DNA from: Candidatus Binataceae bacterium
Lineage (GTDB): Bacteria > Desulfobacterota > Binatia > Binatales > Binataceae
Assembly (NCBI GenBank): GCA_036495685.1
Contig: DASXMJ010000023.1
Coordinates: forward strand, 77,020-141,019
DNA: 64,000 nucleotides
Reading direction: 5' to 3'
Made by a program: the position numbers and the translations under genes. The notes under the pieces were generated by a model. That model made no database searches. It saw nothing but the letters and a program-made list of their open reading frames with translations, and was not told where the DNA came from. Shown in pieces: positions 57,275-64,000 of this stretch. Each line of letters opens with the position of its first letter. The first letter of the stretch is position 1.

Positions 57275-58813
57275 TCAAGCGCGGGCAGATTCCTTCGCGA
57301 TGGCGCGAAGCTTTTCAATTCGCGACTTGATTTTGGGAAGCTTCGCTCGATCTTCAAGTTCAAACGGCAGGCGATAGGCCCAGTTGGCCTCGCTGATAAG
57401 CCCCGGATGGTTTATCTGGTCGCTCCAGCCAAACAGGTCCTGGATAGGCAGAACCACGAGCCGGGCCGGTGACGCATACAGCGAACCAATGATCGCATCG
57501 CGTGCCGCATCATCGAGCGGCGATTGCGGATCGACTCGATCCGAAATCCCGAGAGCCTCCAGAAGTTTACCCCGCTCGGACTGGGGCTGCGCGAGCCACC
57601 AGGTCGTAAGCGGTTCGGTGTCATGGGTGCCGGTGGTCGCCAACGACAGTTCCGGGTACTCGACCGGCTTGAGAAATCGTTCCTGCGGGGTTTCCCACGC
57701 CGTGCGCTCCCACTGCATAACTTTGTAGCCGGCAATTCCCAGACGGGACAGGGAAGCGCGAACCCCTGGTGGCACGGAACCGAGATCTTCCGCGAACAGC
57801 GTGCAGCGGCCGGCCGCATCCTGCAACGCTCCAAGAATCTCTTCCCCCTGCGCCTGCTGCGCCGACTCGTCTTCGGGAACGAAGGTACCCTCAGCGTCAG
57901 GATCTTCGCCGAACGAGAATGTCCGATACAGTCCGACGACATGATCTATCCGAAGCAAATCGAACATCGCGGCTGCCCGACGCACCCGCGCGCGCCACAG
58001 TCTGAAGTCGTCCTCGCGCATCCGCTCCCATCGCGGCAACGGCAACCCCCATCGCTGCCCACGCGGGTTGAACGCGTCGGGCGGCGCGCCGATGGTTCGA
58101 CCAAGATCGAACAGCGCTTGGTTTGCCCAGACCTCCGCACTATCCAGCGCCGGCGAGAACGCCATGTCTCCACCAATCATCACGTGATGTTCAGCCGCGT
58201 AAGAGTGCATCGCCGACCACTGACGTTCCGCAAGGAACTGGAACCAGCAATAGCGGGCGATCGGTTCAGTGAATTCCCGTCTCGCGGTATCGAGCGCGAG
58301 CGCCTCCCGGTTGCGCAGCTCGGCGGGCCAGTCTTCCCATGGAGCCCAATCAAATCGGTCCTTCAGCGCCCGAAACAATGCATAGTCGGTAAGCCATTCG
58401 TGGTGTTGCTCGATATATGCCTCGAACTCCTTGCTGTGCGCGAAACGGTCGCGCGATTTACCCCAGGCGCGCTCCAAGATCGGCATTTTGGCGGCGCGCA
58501 CCGCGACCCGCCCGCCCGAAGGGTGCTGGTTGGCGAGCTTCCTCCGTGCGCGAGTAACGCCGCCACGTACAATTCCGTCCACAGCGCGCAACGAGAGCAA
58601 CGCGGGGTCAACCGCAAACACGCTCATCGCGCTGTACGGACTGGTTTCTTCGGGAGCACCCTCGTCAAGCGGAAGCAGCTGAATGAGACCGAGACCCATC
58701 TCACGCGCGAAATCGACCATCGGGGCGAGATCGAGGATCTCGCCCCGCCCCAGGTCGTCCGGCGTGCGCAACGAGAACAGCGGCATCAGTACGCCGGCAA
58801 CCCGTGGCAGCAT
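57275..58813 (-). CDS. malQ: 4-alpha-glucanotransferase (amylomaltase, GH77)
   Basis: 512 aa. The N-terminus reads GVLMPLFSLRTPDDLGRGEILDL. GH77 catalytic regions are present. Confidence 0.9.
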   Translation of the reverse strand: MLPRVAGVLMPLFSLRTPDDLGRGEILDLAPMVDFAREMGLGLIQLLPLDEGAPEETSPYSAMSVFAVDPALLSLRAVDGIVRGGVTRARRKLANQHPSGGRVAVRAAKMPILERAWGKSRDRFAHSKEFEAYIEQHHEWLTDYALFRALKDRFDWAPWEDWPAELRNREALALDTARREFTEPIARYCWFQFLAERQWSAMHSYAAEHHVMIGGDMAFSPALDSAEVWANQALFDLGRTIGAPPDAFNPRGQRWGLPLPRWERMREDDFRLWRARVRRAAAMFDLLRIDHVVGLYRTFSFGEDPDAEGTFVPEDESAQQAQGEEILGALQDAAGRCTLFAEDLGSVPPGVRASLSRLGIAGYKVMQWERTAWETPQERFLKPVEYPELSLATTGTHDTEPLTTWWLAQPQSERGKLLEALGISDRVDPQSPLDDAARDAIIGSLYASPARLVVLPIQDLFGWSDQINHPGLISEANWAYRLPFELEDRAKLPKIKSRIEKLRAIAKESARA

Positions 58814-58844
58814 GATGGAGTATTCGATCGATCGGTCCGGGAAC

Positions 58845-59603
58845 TCAGATCACATAGCCGCCGTTGGGGCTAACCACCTGGCCGACCATGAAGTTGGAGT
58901 CGTCGGTTGCCAGGAACAGCGCCGCGCGGGCGATATCGCGCGGCTCGCCGAAACGGCCGATCGGGGTTGCGCTGATCACCTGCTGGCGCATTTCCGCGGT
59001 AATCGGCGCGGTCATGGGCGTTTCGATGAATCCGGGAGCAATGCAGTTGACCAGTATTCCGTGGCCCACGACTTCTTTGGCCAGCGCCTTGGTGAACGAA
59101 ATGATCCCACCCTTGGCGGCCGAGTACGGGACCGCATATCCAAGACCCGTGGTCCCGGCGATCGACCCCAGATTGATGACGCGTCCCGACTTTTTTGGAA
59201 GCATCAGCTTCAGCGCCTCGCGCGTGCAGTAAAAGGTCGCATCGAGATGCGTGGCGAGCATCTTGTGCCAGTCTTCATCGGCAACGTCCTGAAGACCGGT
59301 AAATTCATTCGATTCGCGCGTCCGCCCGATGCCGGCATTGTTGATGAGAACATCGATTGTGCCGAATGCGGCAACGAAATCGGCGAACATCCTTCTTACC
59401 GCGGCGCTCGACGAGACGTCGGCGACGAAGGGGCGCGCTCTACCGCCCGCGCGCTCGATCTCGGACACCACGTTGTGCGCGGATTCGGGACGAATATCGT
59501 TAACCGCGATGGTCGCGCCCTCGCCCGCGAAGGTCAGACCCATCTCGCGGCCCAACCCCGAGCCGCCGCCGGTGATCATCACGATCTTTTCCTTGAGCTT
59601 CAT
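58845..59603 (-). CDS. SDR family oxidoreductase (FabG-like 3-oxoacyl reductase)
   Basis: IVMITGGGSGLGREMG, NNAGIG, and a YAVPYSAAK catalytic Tyr/Lys. Confidence 0.8.
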   Translation of the reverse strand: MKLKEKIVMITGGGSGLGREMGLTFAGEGATIAVNDIRPESAHNVVSEIERAGGRARPFVADVSSSAAVRRMFADFVAAFGTIDVLINNAGIGRTRESNEFTGLQDVADEDWHKMLATHLDATFYCTREALKLMLPKKSGRVINLGSIAGTTGLGYAVPYSAAKGGIISFTKALAKEVVGHGILVNCIAPGFIETPMTAPITAEMRQQVISATPIGRFGEPRDIARAALFLATDDSNFMVGQVVSPNGGYVI

Positions 59604-59611
59604 TCGATTCC

Positions 59612-59956
59612 TCACGGTTTCTGCTTGGCTTCGCGCAACTGACGTTTCCAATCCAGCCGGCGCGCCTCGGCTCCCGCGGTTTCGGCCTCCGTAATCATTC
59701 CCTTCTTCTGGTAGAACATGCTCAAATTGGTAAACGCGAGAATGTCTTCTGGGTCCTGCGCGATATGTTTCTTGGTGACTTCAATGGCCATGTCGAGATC
59801 GCCTTTCGCCTGATAACACATCGCCATGCCGTGCACCGCATCGGTAAACTTTGGATCGACCTCAAGCGCCTTGCGGTAGGCCACAATTGCCTCGTCATAC
59901 TTTTCGTCGGCATAGAGATCGACCGCTTCATCGTAAAGCTGTTCCACGTCAGGCAT
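59612..59956 (-). CDS. tetratricopeptide repeat protein
   Basis: 114 aa with about 3 TPR units (AIVAYRKALEVDPKFTDAVHGMAMCYQAKGDLDMAIEV). Confidence 0.6.
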   Translation of the reverse strand: MPDVEQLYDEAVDLYADEKYDEAIVAYRKALEVDPKFTDAVHGMAMCYQAKGDLDMAIEVTKKHIAQDPEDILAFTNLSMFYQKKGMITEAETAGAEARRLDWKRQLREAKQKP

Positions 59957-60014
59957 CGTATGTTCTCCCGGACTAGCGTTTTTCCTGGTTCGTTCAGTCT
60001 TATATAATAGAGAT

Positions 60015-60338
60015 TTGCGGATGGATAATTCACCTAACATCACGGAAGCCGAGGTCTACGAAGTTCTCCGCGAGTGTTTCGACCCGGAGATTCCGGTCAA
60101 CATTGTTGATCTCGGACTGGTATACGGCGTCGCTCTGCAAGGGGGAGTGGTCAACGTCACTATGACCCTGACCGCACCCGGATGCCAAATGGGTGCAATG
60201 ATCACCCAGGACATCCAGGACAAGCTGCTCGGCATTCCGGGTTGCGAAGACGCCACCATCGAGTTGGTGTGGGACCCACCGTGGAATCCTCAGATGATGA
60301 GCGCGGCCGCGCGCAAGCAACTGAAGCTGGACGAATGA
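60015..60338 (+). CDS. DUF59/MIP18-family Fe-S cluster assembly protein (SufT/PaaD-like)
   Basis: 107 aa. EVYEVLRECFDPEIPVNIVDLGLVYGV and TLTAPGCQMGAMI match the DUF59 fold. Confidence 0.7.
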   Translation: MRMDNSPNITEAEVYEVLRECFDPEIPVNIVDLGLVYGVALQGGVVNVTMTLTAPGCQMGAMITQDIQDKLLGIPGCEDATIELVWDPPWNPQMMSAAARKQLKLDE

Positions 60339-60490
60339 ACTGACCGCCCCCGTTCTTAAGCAGGCGACGGTCACCGCCGATGGTCACATCGGGCAGGGTG
60401 GCGTCGGCATTCCCAGGCGCCCCTGCTTGATTCGAACCGAAATCGAAGCTCCGCACAGCGGCGTGGCCGCCGGTCGCTCGGTTGTTTGCC

Positions 60491-62101
60491 CTAATCCGGA
60501 TCGAGCAGCACGCCCGGGTTTAGAATTCCCTTCGGATCCAGTGCGCGCTTGGCCGCCTTCAGCGCGCGCGCAAATCCCTCGGGACGCTGCTGGTCGTACC
60601 ACGGCCGATGGTCCCGACCGACCGCGTGATGATGGGTGATCGTTCCGCCGAGCTTGATCAGTTGTTCAGACACCGCCGCCTTTATTTCGTCCCATTGCTC
60701 CATCTCCGAACCGCGCCGGCCGGGCGCCAAAATCGTGTAATAGGGGGCGGGACCGTCCGGGTACACGTGAGTGAATCGGCAGGTCACGGTTCCCATGCCA
60801 CATACCCGTTTCACCGCGTCAGTCGCGCATTGGGTCATCTGACGATGGAACTCCGGAAACCGCTCCCAGGTAATCGCGGTTTCAAACGTGTCGCTAACCA
60901 TCCCCATCGCGACCACGGTGTCACGCAGATAGGGCGCGTTGAGGAATGCATTGCGCCACGCGCCAGCCGCGCCTTCATGGGTCGCATTTTCGTCGCTGCG
61001 AGTCTTACCTGTATCGGCAGGAAGGCGCCCACCATGATCGGCGCAACATTCCAGCGCCCGCTTGATCCACGGGTCGAGCGGATGGTCGGCCGACTCGAAG
61101 GCCAGCACCAGCACGGCCTCGTTCTGCTCGGTGGCTCCCGCGTTGAATGCCTCGCCCGGATCGAGCAGTCGGCAATTGGCCGGATAGATCCCGGACTGCG
61201 CGATCTGGCGCACCGCATCCGCGGCGGAAAGGAAATCATCGAAAGGCACCGATGCCCCGGCACGGAAGGTCGGCCGGTTCTGCACACGCATCCACGCCTC
61301 AGTAATGACCCCCAGAATTCCTTCCGAACCGATGAACATCCGGTCCGGGCTGGGACCAGCGCCGGAACCCGGCAGTCGCCGCGATTCAACTACCCCGGTC
61401 GGCGTGACCACGCGGACCGACTCCACGAAGTCATCAATGTGTGTGTACAGAGTCGCGAAGTGGCCACCCGAGCGGGTCGCGATCCATCCACCTAGCGAGG
61501 AAAATTCAAACGACTGCGGAAAATGGCGGATGGTGTAGCCGTGCGGGCGAAGCTGATCGTCCAGCGCCGGGCCAAGCACGCCAGCCTGAATACGGGCCGC
61601 ACGCGAAACCTTATCGACTTCGAGCACGCGGTCCAGATGCTTGAGATCGATGGAAACCGCGCCGCGATAGCGATCACCCGCGGGCGGCTCGACTCCCCCA
61701 ACCACGCTGGAGCCGCCGCCAAACGGCGCAGCGGCGAGGTTTGCAGTGTCACACCATTCCAGCACCCGGACCAGCTGGGCCTCATCGCGAGGATAGGCGA
61801 CCACGTCGAAAGGATTAGGAAAGTACCTGCGGAACGCGCGCACCACGTCGCGAAAGCTGCTTCCATAACTGTGCAGGGCACGATCATAGGTGGCGCTCGT
61901 GCAGATTGATGCGAGAGCGTCGGGCGGTGCTATCCGGGGCGGTCGCAGGTTGAGCTCGCTCTCCTTGGGCGGCGGCGTAATCTCCAGCGGACCCAGGGCG
62001 AAGCGCTTTTCCATCCGCTCCGCCATATGCCGCTGTTGCTCGAGGTTGGGCCCCTGGTCCTCGTAGCCCCATCCCCAGAATTTACGTCTGCGCTCGGCCA
62101 T
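60491..62101 (-). CDS. FAD-linked oxidase, alkyldihydroxyacetonephosphate synthase (AGPS)-like
   Basis: The N-terminal KFWGWGY (compare AGPS WNGWGY), the FAD-binding [12 protein letters not shown] (compare PIGGGTSV), and a C-terminal [11 protein letters not shown]. The start is set at MAERRRKF, internal to the track ORF. Confidence 0.8.
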   Translation of the reverse strand: MAERRRKFWGWGYEDQGPNLEQQRHMAERMEKRFALGPLEITPPPKESELNLRPPRIAPPDALASICTSATYDRALHSYGSSFRDVVRAFRRYFPNPFDVVAYPRDEAQLVRVLEWCDTANLAAAPFGGGSSVVGGVEPPAGDRYRGAVSIDLKHLDRVLEVDKVSRAARIQAGVLGPALDDQLRPHGYTIRHFPQSFEFSSLGGWIATRSGGHFATLYTHIDDFVESVRVVTPTGVVESRRLPGSGAGPSPDRMFIGSEGILGVITEAWMRVQNRPTFRAGASVPFDDFLSAADAVRQIAQSGIYPANCRLLDPGEAFNAGATEQNEAVLVLAFESADHPLDPWIKRALECCADHGGRLPADTGKTRSDENATHEGAAGAWRNAFLNAPYLRDTVVAMGMVSDTFETAITWERFPEFHRQMTQCATDAVKRVCGMGTVTCRFTHVYPDGPAPYYTILAPGRRGSEMEQWDEIKAAVSEQLIKLGGTITHHHAVGRDHRPWYDQQRPEGFARALKAAKRALDPKGILNPGVLLDPD

Positions 62102-62249
62102 GTTCTCCGCTCTCCTGTTTCTGACGGTGGGATTCTCCCCGGTCGCTCGGGCGAGCGCAAATCCGCCCGGACGCGGAATCCTCGGGTTGTGTGATCTCGC
62201 CGGAGGTCGTATTTCTCGACTGACTACCCGCAGCGAGGTTTCAGCCCCC

Positions 62250-63131
62250 ATGAGCGAGGAAACTGTCTCATCCGCCGATCCGCATCCCCGCCACAGATTC
62301 GAACTGCTGGGCACGTGGATGTCCTATGCAGACGTCGGCGCAGGGGATCCGATAGTGTTTCTGCACGGCAATCCAACTTCGTCCTATCTGTGGCGCAATG
62401 TCATTCCCCACCTGAAACCCCTTGCACGCTGTATCGCTCCGGATTTGATCGGGATGGGCGCTTCAGGTGCGTCGGCCACCGGGAGCTATCGATTCGCGGA
62501 CCATTCGCGCCACCTCGATGCGTTCCTGGAGGGCGTCGTCCCGAGTGGCCCGCTCACGCTGGTGGTACATGACTGGGGCTCGGCCTTGGGTTTCGCTTGG
62601 GCGCGACGCCATCCCGAACGGATCAAGGGAATTGCTTACATGGAAGCGATCGTGCGTCCGCTCATCTGGGCGGAGTGGTCGGAACGCGCTGTCGGGATTT
62701 TCAAGGCCCTGCGCAGCCCGGCCGGTGACGATATGATCTTGCTCAACAACGTATTCGTCGAACGCATTCTGCCCGGCAGCGTGATCCGCAAGCTCACCCC
62801 CGAAGAGATGGATAACTATCGACGGCCGTTCCGCGATGCCGGCGAATCACGCCGGCCGACGCTGCAATGGCCCCGCGAAATTCCCATCGACGGTGAACCA
62901 GCCGACGTCGTCGCAATCGTGAAGAGCTACTCGGATTGGCTCACGCAAAGCCCGGTGCCCAAGCTGTTCATCAACGCGAATCCCGGTGCGATCCTGGTCG
63001 GAGCGCAGCGTGAGTTCTGCCGCAAATGGCCGAATCAAAGCGAAGTGACGGTCAACGGAGTGCATTTCATCCAGGAAGATTCGCCGCACGAAATCGGCCG
63101 CGCGACCGCGGATTGGTATCGCGAACTGTGA
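62250..63131 (+). CDS. haloalkane dehalogenase, HLD-II subfamily (LinB/DhaA-like)
   Basis: Colinear with LinB: [30 protein letters not shown] (nucleophile Asp plus halide-binding Trp), YMEAIV (catalytic Glu), [10 protein letters not shown] (catalytic His), [13 protein letters not shown]. The start is set at MSEETVSS. Confidence 0.85.
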   Translation: MSEETVSSADPHPRHRFELLGTWMSYADVGAGDPIVFLHGNPTSSYLWRNVIPHLKPLARCIAPDLIGMGASGASATGSYRFADHSRHLDAFLEGVVPSGPLTLVVHDWGSALGFAWARRHPERIKGIAYMEAIVRPLIWAEWSERAVGIFKALRSPAGDDMILLNNVFVERILPGSVIRKLTPEEMDNYRRPFRDAGESRRPTLQWPREIPIDGEPADVVAIVKSYSDWLTQSPVPKLFINANPGAILVGAQREFCRKWPNQSEVTVNGVHFIQEDSPHEIGRATADWYREL

Positions 63132-63168
63132 CCCCAGTGCCTGGAAGGTTTCAAAGAGGAGTCGAGCA

Positions 63169-63963
63169 ATGGCCGAATATGCAAACCTGGTCCTTGAGAT
63201 TCGCAACCACGTAGGGCACCTCACGTTCAACCGGCCCCAGGCCGCCAACGGAATCGACCTGGCCCTGGCGCGCGATTTCAGCGACGCGATTCGACGTTGC
63301 CAGGAGGATCCGAGCCTGCGCGCGTTACTCCTGAGCGGCAAAGGCAAAATGTTTTGTGCCGGCGGGGACCTCAAGGCGTTCGCCGCCCAGCCGGCCTCGG
63401 ACCTGCCCAGCTATCTGCGCGAAGTAACCCACTTCCTGCACGGCGCCATCTCGACGTTCGCGCACATGAGTTCTCCGGTCATCGCAGCCGTGCATGGAAG
63501 CGCCGCGGGCGCGGGATTCAGTCTCGCCTGCGCGTGCGATTTCGTGTTCGCGGCGGAAAGCGCCAAGTTCACCCTGGCCTATTCGCGAGCCGGGCTGACG
63601 CCCGATGGTTCGGCGACCTACTTCCTGCCGAGAATCGTCGGGTTTCGTCGCGCGCTCGAGCTGGCGATCATTAACCCGGTCCTGACCGCGGAGGAGGCAC
63701 ACAGCCTGGCGATTGTGACTCGGGTTGTTCCGGATAGCCAATTGCTGGATCAGGCCCGCGCGTTTGCCGAGCAACTCGCCGCGGGTCCGACGCTCGCCTT
63801 CGGCGGAGTCAAACGATTGCTGCTCGAGAGCGTAGCCAACAAGCTCGAGACGCAGATGGCCCTCGAAACCGACTGGATCACCCAGATGGCTCGGACCCGA
63901 GACGGTCGCGAAGGCATCGAGGCCTTTGTTGGAAAACGCACGCCACAATTCAAGGCAGAGTGA
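63169..63963 (+). CDS. enoyl-CoA hydratase/isomerase family protein
   Basis: 264 aa with LTFNRPQAANGID and FCAGGDLKAF crotonase motifs. Confidence 0.85.
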   Translation: MAEYANLVLEIRNHVGHLTFNRPQAANGIDLALARDFSDAIRRCQEDPSLRALLLSGKGKMFCAGGDLKAFAAQPASDLPSYLREVTHFLHGAISTFAHMSSPVIAAVHGSAAGAGFSLACACDFVFAAESAKFTLAYSRAGLTPDGSATYFLPRIVGFRRALELAIINPVLTAEEAHSLAIVTRVVPDSQLLDQARAFAEQLAAGPTLAFGGVKRLLLESVANKLETQMALETDWITQMARTRDGREGIEAFVGKRTPQFKAE

Positions 63964-64000
63964 AAGGCCGAGGGCGCAGCTTTCACGGATGGGCGCATTC

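Overview
This is a 64-kb, high-GC (about 65%), gene-dense bacterial chromosomal segment. About 70 coding genes are packed tightly, mostly on the minus strand. I found no rRNA, tRNA or CRISPR arrays. Most of the content is housekeeping or metabolic: an enoyl-CoA hydratase, accB/accC with aroQ, purU, rsmI, ligA, acyP, a PduO-type cobalamin adenosyltransferase, malQ, several SDRs, nitroreductases, and korA/korB encoding a 2-oxoacid:ferredoxin oxidoreductase. Eight things stand out. (1) An 814-aa minus-strand protein fuses a double zinc ribbon, a Ser/Thr kinase, a class III nucleotidyl cyclase, a transmembrane helix and a SPOR domain. The canonical VAVK catalytic lysine of the kinase reads VAVA, while a lysine sits in the glycine loop at the position used by WNK kinases. 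(2) A contiguous 11-gene complex I operon, nuoA-B-C-D-H-I-J-K-L-M-N, lacks the NuoEFG NADH-input module. This suggests a ferredoxin- or other-donor-driven complex. (3) A clear DprE1/DprE2 pair for decaprenylphosphoryl-arabinose synthesis has Ala at the position of the benzothiazinone-target Cys. (4) An apparent operon runs XRE regulator, NfeD, flotillin, PspA, and a perfect 12-6-12 palindromic operator sits just upstream of the regulator. (5) An alkyl-DHAP-synthase-like FAD oxidase sits divergently next to an LinB/DhaA-like haloalkane dehalogenase with all catalytic residues intact. (6) An IS110-family insertion is flanked by a low-GC remnant. (7) One tightly packed operon carries trans-aconitate methyltransferase, isoaspartyl peptidase, an ArnT/PMT-like GT-C glycosyltransferase, a small membrane protein and an FmdB zinc ribbon. 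(8) A small envelope-associated cluster carries a YiiX-like permuted papain-fold protein, a small unknown protein and a secreted DUF1573/Ig-like protein. Gene starts were chosen by homology-typical N-termini and RBS context, so several are approximate (within 1 to 30 codons). I did find a 1-nt inconsistency near 36781 between my manual codon walk and the ORF track, and I cannot resolve it by eye. Hand-counted coordinates of small motifs may therefore be off by 1 nt.
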